Assembly (NCBI RefSeq): GCF_004010195.1
Contig: NC_057719.1
Span: forward strand, 5,208,412-5,262,985
Source: Chiloscyllium plagiosum
Taxonomy: Eukaryota
Length of the DNA: 54,574 bases
Direction: 5' to 3'
Under the pieces are notes generated by a model. That model was not told the DNA's origin, did no database searches, and worked only from the letters and a program-made list of their open reading frames with translations. Made by a program: the position numbers and the translations under genes. Shown one piece after another: positions 1 to 11,382 of the stretch; position 1 is the stretch's first letter; every line of letters starts with the position of its first letter.

Positions 1-75
1 CAAGCAAGGCCATAGCTGGGAATCCAATGCACAAATAAGTTTATTTTGAAAGAAAATTTTGAGTTGTGTTGAACG

Positions 76-1104
76 ATGAGCAACTGTACTGTCGACCACA
101 GTATCCACCAGATCCTGTTTCCCGCCGTCTACATTGGGGTCTTCATCATTGGCCTCCCGATTAACCTGCTGTCCCTGTATCACAGCTACCTACAGATCAG
201 GCAGAAGAATGAGCTGGGAATCTATCTCTGTAATCTGACCATCTCAGACCTGTTGTACCTCCTTTCCTTACCTTTGTGGATTCAGTACATGCTGCAGCAC
301 GATGACTGGCAATATTCTCGGGAACTTTGCATCTTCAGCGGTCTGCTCCTCTACCAGAATATTTACATCAGTATTGGCTTCCTCTGCTTCATTGCCATTA
401 ATCGCTTCCTTGTTGTGGCTTACCCTCTGAAATTTAAATTCATACACAGCAGGAAGGCAGCTTTGCTCATCAGTATTCTCATCTGGCTCAAGGAGATAGC
501 TGTCTGCACCATTTACATGGGCTCCAAGGTTCTCAGTAAAGACGAGGGGAATGATACCCTGTGTTTTGAACATTATCCTCTGCGCCTAAAGGACAGATAT
601 TTAAATATTTACAAACTCTCCATTGGCTTCAGCCTCCCTTTGATATTATTGATCTACTCTTACTATAAGGTGTTGAGAGTTGTGCACAAAAGCCATGGAC
701 TTGAAAGACAGCGGAAATTAAGAATAAAAAAATTGGTATCTGGGACAATCATCATTTTCCTGGCTTGCTTTGCCCCTTATCACATTTTCCTGATGGTTCG
801 AAGCATATTTGAGTATGACTGTCCCTTTGCTGACAGTATTTTTGAGGTTTACCATTTTGGGCTCCTGCTGATGAGCTTAAACTGTGTGGCCGACCCTGTT
901 TTGTACTGTTTCATATCACAGAGTTCCCAGAGCTGGTTAGCCAGGTTCCTGGATCCTGTTATCAATCTGCTTCCTTGTGGGAAAAAAGAAGAAATTGTGG
1001 CCCTTGAGATGAAGGGCAGCTCACCGCTTACAACTAAAACAAGTCTGTTACCTCAAAGACACCAGAAACAAGAAAAATATGAATACCAACACTCAAAGGT
1101 GTGA
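76..1104 (+). CDS. GPR68: GPR68/OGR1-like proton-sensing class A GPCR, paralog A (342 aa, single coding exon)
   Basis: 7TM ORF with GPR68-type motifs CTVDHSIHQ, NELGIYLCNLTISDL, QHDDW, LLYQNIYISIGFLC, WLKE, CFEHYP, CFAPYH, YHF, NCVADPVLYCF, recalled from human OGR1. Orthology versus lineage-specific paralogy is not resolved. Confidence 0.9.
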   Translation: MSNCTVDHSIHQILFPAVYIGVFIIGLPINLLSLYHSYLQIRQKNELGIYLCNLTISDLLYLLSLPLWIQYMLQHDDWQYSRELCIFSGLLLYQNIYISIGFLCFIAINRFLVVAYPLKFKFIHSRKAALLISILIWLKEIAVCTIYMGSKVLSKDEGNDTLCFEHYPLRLKDRYLNIYKLSIGFSLPLILLIYSYYKVLRVVHKSHGLERQRKLRIKKLVSGTIIIFLACFAPYHIFLMVRSIFEYDCPFADSIFEVYHFGLLLMSLNCVADPVLYCFISQSSQSWLARFLDPVINLLPCGKKEEIVALEMKGSSPLTTKTSLLPQRHQKQEKYEYQHSKV

Positions 1105-1316
1105 ACTGTTAATTAAACTTCTCCTGGTCTTTCAGTAAAATCCACACACATAGATGTGCTGGGGTCAGAGGACAAAGTATGAAGTGTAAAGGAGGCTTAA
1201 TTCAAGAGCGTTGCAATATAAAAGCAAAGTACTGTAGCTGCTAGTAATCTAAAATAAAGACAGTGAATCCCGGAGAATCTCAGCAGCTCTGGCAGCATTT
1301 TTATACAGAGAAACAG

Positions 1317-1356
1317 AGTTAACGTTTCGAGTCTGATGTAGCTCTTCATCAGAACT
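1317..1356 (-). ncRNA. Minimal type I hammerhead ribozyme motif within a Penelope pLTR-like fragment (~1225-1356)
   Basis: Minus strand reads AGTT-CTGATGA-A-GAG(ctacatcaga)CTC-GAAA-CG-TT-AACT: stem I AGTT/AACT, intact core, stem II GAG/CTC, palindromic AACGTT in place of stem III. Confidence 0.7.
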
Positions 1357-1357
1357 C

Positions 1358-1750
1358 AGTGTCTGAGTATATCAGCCTGTGTTAGTGTTTGAATGTCTAT
1401 GTGAACATGTGTGAGCGTATGTCAGTGAATGTGTGATGTATCTCTGTGAGTGTGTGTTTTAGAGTGACTGAGCATGTGTGTGTTAGTGTTATTGTGTGCA
1501 AGTCTGTGAAAATCTGTGTGTATGTGTATGTTTCTGAATGTGAGTGTGTGTCTAAGAGAAACAAGTATGTGTATGTGTTTGTGTGAGTATCTATGGGTGT
1601 GAATATCTATACGTATATGTGTTACTGTGTGTGCGTTTCTATATGAGTCTCTGTGTGTAACTGAGTGTATGAGTATCTATGTGTGTGTGTTACTGTGAAT
1701 ATCTGTGTGTGTTACTGTGCGTGTGAGTATCTATATGTGTCTGTGTGTGA
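1358..1750. repeat. Degenerate (TG)n-rich simple repeat
   Basis: Runs of gtgtgt/tatgtgt/gagtgt throughout. Confidence 0.9.
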
Positions 1751-2149
1751 TTGAGACATTTGAGCCCCATCTACCCAATCCACATGCATGTGGCAGAGCC
1801 TGCAAGTCACACATGGGATACATTAATCATCCCAGAACTCCCTGAAGCATTAAGGGATTACAATTATTCACTTCTACTGATCTGGCTTTGAAACTCCCTG
1901 TCGAGAGCTGTTCTATCATGGACTGCCTGAACAACTTCTCCAGCTCCAGTCGATCACCTTCCTGTCCTGGGTCCACACTTGTCCAAATGCCAAAAACTGC
2001 ACATCTTCTTTGCTGGCAGCTAGCTTCACCAAGCTAGGTATGTCCATGGATTTTGCCTGAGTTCTCATCTTGCTCAGTTGTATGGAGTAAATTCTGCTTA
2101 AGTGACTCCTCAAACCCCACTCTCAGCTGTATTGACCGATTAGTCACAG

Positions 2150-2495
2150 TCTAAGGACTGGGTTGAGGAGAGGCTTCTTAACTCAGGGAGTGGTCAGTCA
2201 CAGAAAGTGGTTGAGGTCAAAACACGGAGTTTTTTTGAGAAGAAGATCTGAAGGCAAAAGGGATCAAAGGGTATGGGGAGAAAGCAGAACATTATACGGA
2301 GTTGGATGATCAGTCATGATTACATTGAATGGTAGAGCAGACTCGAAGGGCCAAATAGTCTACTCTTGCTTCTATTTTCTATTTCTATTGCTGCTTTCTG
2401 GAGGTCATAATGTGTAAATTGACAGCTGTTCTTGGTCAGTATGGAAGGGTTAGACCAAAGGGTCTGGTTCTGTGCTGTATGACTCTATGACTCTG
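2150..2495 (+). mobile_element. CR1-type LINE 3' end fragments
   Basis: FFTQ.VV-like remnant, 'gggccaaatagtctactcttgc' 3' UTR, (ttcta)n and (ctatga)n tails. Confidence 0.7.
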
Positions 2496-2711
2496 TCCCA
2501 CGAAACTTCACAAAAATATCATGACTCAACACTCACCTCCAAAGTCTTCTGAGTGACCTTTGTCTGCTCAGGGGATCCCAGAACAAAGGGGTTTCACGTC
2601 CAACTGAGAGTTCAGGATAACGTCAGGAAACATTGCCTCACACAGAAAGTTAGTGAAAATCTGAAACTCTCTCCCAGAGAAGGGCTCAGAGGCTAGGCTC
2701 AACTGAAGAGT

Positions 2712-3015
2712 GGGTGGCACGGTGGCACAGTGGTTAGCACTGCTGCCTCACAGCACCAGAGACCTGGGTTCAATTCCCGCCTCAGGCGCCTGACTGTGTG
2801 GAGTTTGCACATTCTCCCTGTGTCTGTGTGAGTTTGCTCCGGTTTCCTCCCACAGTCCAAAAAAATGTGCAGGTTAGGTGAATTGGCCATGCTAAATTGC
2901 CCGTAGTGTTAGGTGAAGGGGTAAATGTAGGGGAATGGGTCTGGGTGGGTTGTGCTTTGGTGGGTCGGTTAGACTTGTTGGGCCGAAGGGCCTGTTTTCA
3001 CACTGTAAGTAATCT
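2712..3015 (+). mobile_element. HE1 tRNA-derived SINE
   Basis: ggcacggtggcacagtggttagcactgctgcctcacagc head, gggttcaattcc B box, gtgtggagtttgcacattctccc core, CR1-like tail. Confidence 0.9.
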
Positions 3016-3335
3016 GAAAACCGAGGTGAACAGGTTGCTGTTTGTCAAGGATATTATGAAATGGAATCAGTAAATGATCTTAAGATCTAATTTAATAGGA
3101 TAGCATGCTGAAGAAATTGGATGGTCTACTGCTAAGATCCTAATCACCATTTTTGTATGTTAATATTTGTTCATCTAAGTCTACATAGAATATAGAACAT
3201 CGATTGATTTGTTTTATAATCTCTTTTGTTTATACTTCCCTCCAAACCCTACCTCACTTTAGCAAAACCTTTTGGTCTGATTTCCTGGTGAACTTGAAGA
3301 CTGTAGCAGGGCGAGTATTCTCTTTATCTCTGGAG

Positions 3336-4320
3336 ATGGCCAATCAATCAGAGTGTGATAATTCCATCGTCTGTCCTCTCGATTACAGTATCTACCAGAG
3401 CCTGTTTCCCACCATCCACGTTGTGGTCTTCAGTTTCGGCCTTTTAGCTGATCTCCTGTCCCTGTATCACAGCTACCTACAGATCAAGCAGAGGAATAAG
3501 CTGGGAGTCTACCTCTGTCACCTAACCATCTCAGAGCTGTTGCACTTTGCCTGTCTACCCTTGTGAATTCAATACTTACTGATGAAAGATCATTGGATGG
3601 ACAGTGAGTTGCTGTGAGCATCGCATTCTTCTGTTGCATCTCTGTGGATTGCTACCTGCCAATGGTCCACCCTTTAAGACTCTACACCTCCTGAACTTTG
3701 AAACCCCCATTTCTGGTCAGTGCCATTGCCTAGATCAAAGAAATTGGAACCACTGTTTTCATTTTCTCCCACAATTGGGATTGTGAAAGATCAGAACAAT
3801 CACTTACCTTGTTTCGAACATTATCCGTTGTGGCCTTGACAAAGGAGAATAAACTAGGACCATCTCTCTGTGGGTTTCCTTTTCCCTATTGTTTTGTTGA
3901 CTTATTTCCAATCACCAGTTGTTAGCATCTATCTGCAAGAGTCAAGGCATTCAGCAAGATCAAAAGTTAAGGATCAAGAAATTGGTGTTAGGTGCCATTG
4001 TCATATTTTGTATTCACTTTGACCCTTATCACATCATGCTGCTGGTCAGAACCCTGTTTGAGGACATTTGCAGCTTTGTGAAGTCCTCATTCCATTCTTA
4101 CCACTTTGCGTTGCCATTGATCCATTTGAACTGCATGGCTGATCCCACCCTCTTCTCCTTTGTATCTGACAGCTCACATGGAATTCTGATGAGGAGTGTC
4201 TTGTCAACTTCCGTCATTGCAAACAGAAAGAGGAAAAGAAATGTTCAAGCACGGTTGTTGATCCAGAAACCTAGAGGATTGGACATTAACGTATTGACCA
4301 GTGTCACCACGGTGTATTGA
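3336..4320 (+). pseudogene. GPR68-like pseudogene (paralog B)
   Basis: ATG 3336 MANQSEC..SLYHSYLQIKQRNKLGVYLC..LPL then TGA at the conserved Trp (3564-3566); deletion in TM3; VSIAFFCCISVDCY; further stops and frameshifts; DQNNHLPCFEHYP; PYH and NCMADPTLFSF in ORF 3919-4320. Confidence 0.9.
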
Positions 4321-4332
4321 TAGTTCTTTCTT

Positions 4333-4560
4333 GTCTGAGTTAGAAGGTTACAGACTTGAGCATATAATCCAGGCTTCCAATGCAGTATGAAGGGACTGCA
4401 ACACTCTCAGTGGTGCCACATTTGAGTAAGATCTTAAACTAAGATCCTGGCGTTGCTCCTTGTTGGCCCTAAAAGGTTCCATGCCACTAATTAAAGAAAG
4501 GAAACAAGTTTCTCCCTACTCTAATCATGAAAGATTATCTCTTTTGCTGTTTCCATGTCT
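4333..4560 (+). mobile_element. Old SINE, probably DeuSINE/SacSINE1-like
   Basis: gacttgagcatataatccaggct..cagtatgaagggactgca..gtggtgcc resembles the shark DeuSINE 5' region as recalled; highly degraded. Confidence 0.45.
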
Positions 4561-4773
4561 ATTAATATCAACAATGTAAATCTCAGGAGAACATCTGCAG
4601 TGGAATCTTACAAAGTATATGTTTCCATGGAAAACAAAGCTAATGTCAATGCTGTTTTAAAAAGGTTGGGGAACAGACCGTACTGTTCAAAGTGCTTTTC
4701 TTAAGTTCTCTCTGAATGTTTATTTTGAATCAATCATATAATTAACCAATGCTTCAAAAACCCTTCCCAGATA

Positions 4774-4972
4774 TTAGACGCCTTTAATTTGAGGTTTGTC
4801 CTCATCTCCCTGTAAAATGGTTGAACGGTAGGGTTTGGGGCCTAGCTTTACTGCTCCTCTCCCTTGTAAAATTGCTGTCTCTTGTGTACAGCTGTAAATG
4901 TTTTTTGTAAACTATTTTGTAGTTTGTTTAATAAAATTAAAAAAAAAGGGGAAAAAAAATTTAGACGCCTTT
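4774..4972 (+). mobile_element. 5'-truncated polyA retro-insertion with 12-bp TSD (L1 3' UTR or retroposed mRNA end)
   Basis: ttagacgccttt at 4774-4785 and 4961-4972; AATAAA 4930-4935 followed by an A-rich tail. Confidence 0.8.
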
Positions 4973-5606
4973 TATATGGTGCTTCACCAGCCACTGCTTC
5001 CATTTTCTATGACAGGAATAATGTGGTGTTGAGACCACAACCAGAACAGTCATGACCTGAGTGATTAGTGAAGCACCTTTGAGGCCCTTCCTGCACCTAC
5101 ACAGTCCTCCTATCACAACCTATTCCAACGTATCTCAACCCAACCCAGCCTATCTCACCCCAACCCACCTCATCTAATTCCCAGTCTTCTCAGTCAATTC
5201 CGTTCTTGTTGGGCCAGTTAACTTCAAATGATTCCAGAGATTCTGCTGAGACTTGGGATTGCAATAGAAGAATCAGGGTTGGATTAAGGGTTTTGGGTGA
5301 TGGGACACTTTACATGAGGGGCATCTAGTGTTCATGTTAAGTTCTTTGAGGTCCGGTGTCACACACTGAGAAACAGAACGAACTTTGTTCTGTCCTGCTG
5401 CAACTATGCAGAGCCAATCCCTGCACCGTTTTTCACAACTTGTTACGTAGTTATCTGTTCTTTATGCTGAATAAAACTGCCTATTTTCAGAGGAATTCTG
5501 CACTGTGTGCCAATGCTCACTACAATTAGATGAACTCATTTCACATCGGAGTTTTGCAGATAGAATCACAGGAAAGCCTTCAGTTATCTGACTGAAGGAG
5601 CTTTAT

Positions 5607-5918
5607 GTGGAGTCTCAGTGGTTAGCACTGCTGCCTCACAGGGGCAGGGACCCGGGTTTGATTCCAACTTCAGGTCACTGTCTGCGTAGAGTTTGCACTT
5701 TCTCCCCGCGTCTGCGTGGATCTCCTCCAGGTGCTCTGGTTTCCTCCCACAGTCCAAAGATATGCAAGTCAGGTGAATTGGCCATGCTAAATTGCCCATA
5801 GTGTTAATTTCATTTGTCAGAGGGAAATGGGTCTGGGTGGGTTACTCATTGGAAGGTCGGTGTGGACTTGTTGGGCGAAGAGCCTGTTTTCACACTGTAG
5901 GGAATCTAATCTAATCTA
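5607..5918 (+). mobile_element. HE1 SINE
   Basis: Same head and core as 2712; (taatc)n tail. Confidence 0.9.
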
Positions 5919-6099
5919 AAAAAAACCCAGCACAGACGTATTGGGCTGAATGACCAATCTGATTGCTGTAGAATTCTATAAAATTAACACAGAGAACGCT
6001 GGTTACTCAAGGTCACATAGAGCAACAGTGTATTAATATTTAAACTGCAACCCATCCCAAAACTGGAGATTTTGAAAGAGACAGCTCAGGAGCAAAGGC

Positions 6100-6225
6100 A
6101 AGTCACAGCAGATCCTGGAACTTTGAAATAAAAATAAAAAAGAATTACTGGCTAACACTCAGCAGGTCAGGCAGCATCTGCAGAGAGAGAGAAACAGAGT
6201 TAACATCACAGGTCAGTAACCCTGT
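6100..6225 (-). mobile_element. Penelope pLTR-like fragment (degraded)
   Basis: cagcaggtcaggcagcatctg..gagagaaacagagttaac, homologous to 1225-1356. Confidence 0.6.
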
Positions 6226-6839
6226 CCAAATACCAATTCCCCAGTGATACTGAATCTTGTATTATGCTGGTATTGGCTTCATGGGTGAATTGGGTTAATT
6301 TATCAATACTTTTTGCAACTCCACAGAAATCTCATCCACTTTAAGCATCCTCTCAGGGCATTGCTTCAGTTCCAAACTTGCACAGTATTGCTTAAACACG
6401 ATCTGTCCTTGAGAAATCCCTGCAGTCCTGCCCATAAGTTGCCAATCTTCAGTGGCCCATGTAATAGACTAAAGTTTACCGACAGGCAGTTGAAGAATAA
6501 CCTGCATAGAATTATTGGCCTGGCCTCCTTTCTCAGCCACACTTACAATTTTGTTTTGATAATTTTGAAAGTTATTCTCAGAGTCTCCTCTGTTTTTCAG
6601 AATCTCACACATGGATTTGAGAATGTCCAATGTGATAACAGGAAGTAAACCTATCAGGAATGTTTCTTTAAAATTCAAGTATCAAAACACTTTGAAAAGC
6701 TTCCAATGTATCTAACTTCCCCACAGTTTGCACGCTAGAGATTTTGACTAATTTTTAAGACAATGTTGAAAACAATATTTATTTTATTTATATTCCTCTT
6801 TTTGTGCTGTACATCTCTATGACTATATGACTTTACAAC

Positions 6840-7240
6840 ATTCAGAGAACAGCACCTCTGACAGAACAGCACTCACTCAGTGTTGCAATCGAAATGTCAG
6901 TCAAGGTTTTGTTCTTAAGTCTCTGGAGCTTCTGATTCAGAGATGAGTGTGCTACTCATTGAGACGATAGCTGCTACAGAGATTTCTATGGTATCTTTCA
7001 CAACCTCAGAGTAGCCCAAAGCACTTTGCAGCCAATGATGTACATTCTGAAGTCTAGATCTCACTGCTTTGTCGAGGAATATGGAAGTGACTTTGAACAC
7101 AGCAAGATCCCACATTGCAGCAATGAAATACAACATCTTAGGCTTTGGGATGAGAGTTGGTCGGTTGGCACACTGTGCTCTCCTGATCAGACAGCAGTTC
7201 TGAAGCACTGATCACAGCACTCCAATGGCAATACTCCCTG
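6840..7240 (-). mobile_element. DeuSINE/SacSINE1-like fragments
   Basis: cccaaagcactttgcagccaatga..cacagcaagatcccaca..cagcaatg (Deu-domain-like, reverse) and gcacctctgacag..cagcactc. Confidence 0.5.
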
Positions 7241-7764
7241 GGTGCGCTCAGGATTAGGACCAACTGAAATCTAAAGAATTTAAAATGAATGCATCATATT
7301 GTGGAATAATTTGATGAAATCTTTTGTGTCGGTATTTTTAATAAACAGTTTATTTTTGCGGGTATTCTATTTATATGTTTTATTTCTGTACCACACTTCA
7401 TTCAGAATGAATTGTACTTATATTTTACTTAAATTGTAATTACTTTGTTGTTTCAACATTAAATGAAGTTGGTCAAATACATTTTGAATAAATTTTGATT
7501 TGTTTTGACATCTAAAACATACAGAACACACAACTTTGAGCAGTAAGTCTTGCATTTAACGCACAGAATGCATGTTCTGTTTGGGAAACTTGAGTTACCT
7601 GGGCCGAGGGAGATAGGAGGTATTGATTCCAGGACTTGTCGCTGGGACAGTTCATCCTTCTCTGACCTCATCTGATCAATTGTGAAGTGATTTCTACTCA
7701 CCAGAAATGATTGAATATACTGGAGTTCTTTTCTCTAGAAAATGGAAAGTTGATGTTAATACAA

Positions 7765-8300
7765 TCTAATACAATAGAGCACAGAAACAGGCCCTTTTGG
7801 CCCACCAAGCCTGCACTGATTTCTAATCCTCGTTTAGACCCGCTACTTATTGCCATGTGCAGTTCACTTTACCTTCATGTGTCTATCATGGTATGCCTTA
7901 AACATGGCGAATGTGCCTGCTACCTCCACCTGCACTGACACCTTCCAGGCACCCACCACCCTCTGCGGGAAACAGTTTCCCCACACTTCTCCCCTAAACA
8001 TGATAGAATGGACATATACAAGAGACAAGGAAGACCAGAATTAGGAGCCATAAATAGTCATCAATAAATCCAATAGAGAATTCAGGACAAAATTCTTTAC
8101 GCAGAATGTGGAACGCAGTACCATGGGCAATAGTAGAAAGAAATCCAATCAATGCCTTTAAGAAAACTATATCAATGTGTGAAGAGGAAAGGAGTCAAGA
8201 GAAATGGTGTAAGGATTAGACAAAGTATGTGAGGTGACTCAAGTGAAGCCTAAACATCAACCAATTGGGTTGAACGACTTACTTCTGTGCTGTAAATACC
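7765..8300. mobile_element. CR1 3' fragments (minus 7765-8000, plus ~8060-8300)
   Basis: agaaacaggccctt..ccaccaccctctg motif and a degenerate ttctttacgcagaatgtggaac segment. Confidence 0.6.
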
Positions 8301-8647
8301 ATATAAAACAATACAAAACAGACTGAATGATGTAAATTCAGATATTACAGATTGAGCTAAGCAAAATATTTCAGAAGACAGATTAATGGCAGGTGTGGTT
8401 GCGAGTAAAATATTGTTTGTATGGAGGAAATAAAGAAGATTCCAAAGGTGACTGTTGTAGATGAGGCTGAAAGATCCCAGTTATGGGAATGCCAGACAAG
8501 CTGAATGCTTATTAGGATCTGGCCTGAGAGACCATAATCTTTTAAAGAATAAAAGATGCGAAAGAACCAAAGGTAAGAAAATAAGTGGAGGATTCCAGGA
8601 TTAAATTTAAACAACAAAGAAGTTGTTATGAAACAAACCTGAACAAA

Positions 8648-8733
8648 GCCAGAAATCACACAATACCAGGTTGTAGTCCAACAGGTTTATTTGAAATCAT
8701 AAGCTTTCAGAATGCTGCCCCTTCATCACCTCT
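8648..8733 (-). mobile_element. Short pLTR/hammerhead-type element (one arm) with 15-bp TSD
   Basis: aaatcacacaataccaggttgtagtccaacagg..agctttc..cttcatca; flanks acaaacctgaacaaa 8633-8647 and acaaacttgaacaaa 8734-8748. Confidence 0.7.
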
Positions 8734-9162
8734 ACAAACTTGAACAAAACAAACCAAAGCAATAATGACCGATCATTGTACCGAAGAGGTAAGATTATGA
8801 TTCTAAACTATATGCTTTACAGATACAATTTAGATTCTAACAGTCATGATTAACATGAGGTGAGCAATCCCAAGAATAAATTAAAAAATGAGATAACAGA
8901 CAAAGCAGAGTTGAACCAACCCACAGGTTGCATGTTAAATGATTGATATGGTCCAGACAGATCCCACTTGGATGTCAGTAACACTGAGTCACAGGGCCTC
9001 ATTAAAACTTTGTTTCCTTTATCGTGATTCCAACTTTTCACTTTCAAATATCTCGCATTGGAATACTCTCAAAGCCCCTCTGACTTGACTTTGATAGCTC
9101 AATCTCTTCTGAGACCAAGTCGCTCAGGACAAGCAGAACATGGACTCCCAAATAGGCGAACT

Positions 9163-9507
9163 GGGTGACATGGTGGCTCAGTGGTTAGCACGGCTGCCTC
9201 ACAGGCCAGAGACCTGAGTTTGATTTCAGCCTCAGGTGAATATCTCTATGGAGTTTGCATGTTCTCCCTGTGCCTGTGTGGGTTTCCTCTGGGTGCTCTA
9301 GTTTCCTCCCACGGTCCAAAGATGTGCAGATTGGTGGATTAGCCATGCTAAATTGCCCATAGTGTCCAGGGATATGCAGGCGAGGTGGACTAGCCATGGG
9401 AATTTCAGGGTTACAGGGATAGGGTATGGGGGTAGGTTGCTCTTCGGAGGTGTGGTGTGGACTTGGTGGGCTGAATGGCCTGTTTCCACACTACAGGGAT
9501 TCTATGA
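9163..9507 (+). mobile_element. HE1 SINE
   Basis: HE1 head and core, ggattctatga tail. Confidence 0.9.
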
Positions 9508-9839
9508 TAATTACTTGCACAATTTCATGTTTCATCAAATGGCTAGCTTCACTAAGGTGCCACCAAATCTCTCTGAGTTACAATTGATTTTAGTCACATC
9601 AAGAAAGTATGGGCTACTTTCATCCCACTCTCAACTGTGCTAAACTATCATTGGCTCCCAGGCCGTCGTTTATGGTCTAACCTCTGAAATGGAGTCTGAA
9701 ATGGAGGCCTCACTCCCAGGGCTGCACCTGAGCCCTAATTAGCTGGATTCTGCAAAAAGGAATACATGTACTGCCTGGAGAAACTTACTGTTTCAGCAAC
9801 TCCCAGTTCCAGCATAGGGCTACAAGTGTAAGCCAACTT

Positions 9840-10915
9840 TCTGTCAGGAATCTACTCCATCTCCATCACATCTGTTCTGATGATGCCAACTTTGAAAAGT
9901 GAGCCTTTGAAATGTCCACCTTCTTCCCCAGTTGAGGATTCCCCAGCACCATAACTGACAGGGCCCTTAGCCAGGTCCAACCCATCTCCTGCATTTCGGC
10001 TGTCACCCCCTCTCTTTTTTTCCCGACAACAGCAATAGGATCCCCCTTGTCCTCACCTACTATCCCACCAGTATCCACATCCAGAGGATCGTTAACCTCC
10101 ACTTCCACAACATCCAGTAGGATGTCCCCAATAGACACATATTCCCCTCCCCTCCCCTCCCCTCCCCTCTCAGCCTTCTGCAAGGACTGTTCACTTCAGG
10201 TCACCTCTGTCCACTCCTCCTTCATCCCCAACACCATTCCCCACAGCTCCATGGTGCCTTCCTGTACAACCCCAGAAGGTGTAACACCTGTCCACTAACT
10301 TCCTTCCTCCTCACTGTCCAAGGGCCCAAACACACCGTCCTGGTGAAGCAGTGCACTTTACTTAAACCAGTCTACTGAATTCGCTGCTCACAATGTGGTC
10401 TCCTCTACACATGGGGAGACAAAATGCAGAGTGGGCAACCGCTTTGCGGAAACCAACATTCCATTGACAAAAATTACCCTGAGCTTCCAGGTGCCTGCCA
10501 CTTCAACACACCACTCTGTTCCCCAGCCAACATCTGTAACTCAGGCTTGCTGCAGTGCTCCAGCCAAGCTCAGAGCAAGCTGGAAGAACAGCAATAAGTT
10601 TCCACTTGGAGACTCTTCAGCCTTCTGGACTCAGTACTGAGTTCAACAATTTTAGGGTTTGAGCATCTTATCCCATGTCCTTACTCCAACACACAGGCCT
10701 TGTCATCACATGGACTGTTACCACACACAACCCATTGTCAGTTACTAGTGGTTCCCATTTTCTCAGGCTGACCTTTACCCATCCCTCTCTTTGGGCTCTA
10801 TTGCCACCTACTGTTTACTCCTCTCCCCTCCATTCACCCATCTCCTGCATAAATACCAGCCTATTCCTGGCTACCATCAGCTCTGAAAAACCTAAAATGT
10901 TAACTTGGCTTTCTC
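9840..10915 (+). mobile_element. Penelope-like element 3' part (RT thumb/GIY-YIG remnant plus pLTR)
   Basis: Frameshifted VKQ..VY*IRCSQCGLLY.GETKCRVGNRFAE GIY-YIG-like region at ~10340-10460; ends in a degraded ctaccatcag.tctgaa..aatgttaact pLTR. Confidence 0.75.
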
Positions 10916-10924
10916 TTGTTGCCA

Positions 10925-11382
10925 AGAAATGTTGCCAGGGCTGGAGGGTTTGCACTGTAGGGAGATGCTGAATGGGCTGAGGCTGTTTTCCCTGGAGTGT
11001 CAGAGGCTGAGGTTTATAAACCTTATAGAGGTTTATAAAATCACGAGTGGCATGGATAAATAGATAAGGTCTTTTCTCTGGCATGGGGAAATCCAGAACT
11101 AGAGGGTATAGGTTTAGGATGAGAGGGGAAAAATTTAAAAGGGACCTCAGGGGCACCTTTTTCACACAGAGGATGGTACGTTTATGGAATGAGCCACCAG
11201 ACGAAGTAATGGAGGCTGGTACAACTGCGACATTTAAAAGGCATCTGGATGGGTATATGAATAGGAAGGCTCTAGAGGGTTATGGGCCAAGTGCTGGTAA
11301 ATGAAACTAGATTAGGTCAGGCTATCTGTTCGGCATGGACCACCAAAGGGTCTGTTTCTATGCTGTACATTTCTATGACTGT
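10925..11382 (+). mobile_element. CR1 LINE 3' end
   Basis: SRTRGYRFRMRGEKFKRDLRGTFFTQRMVRLWN (ORF 11083-11304). Confidence 0.85.

Noticed and set aside
268..573. 101-aa minus-strand ORF repeated at 50152-50457
   Set aside because: Antisense shadow of the GPCR CDS; its conservation follows from the paralog identity.
2712..2785. tRNA-like A/B boxes
   Set aside because: SINE heads continuing into the HE1 body; no complete tRNA gene.
2699..2890. Recurring short ORFs (MANSP..DCGRKPE / MAQWLALLP..) at many positions
   Set aside because: Translations of HE1 SINE copies, not a gene family.
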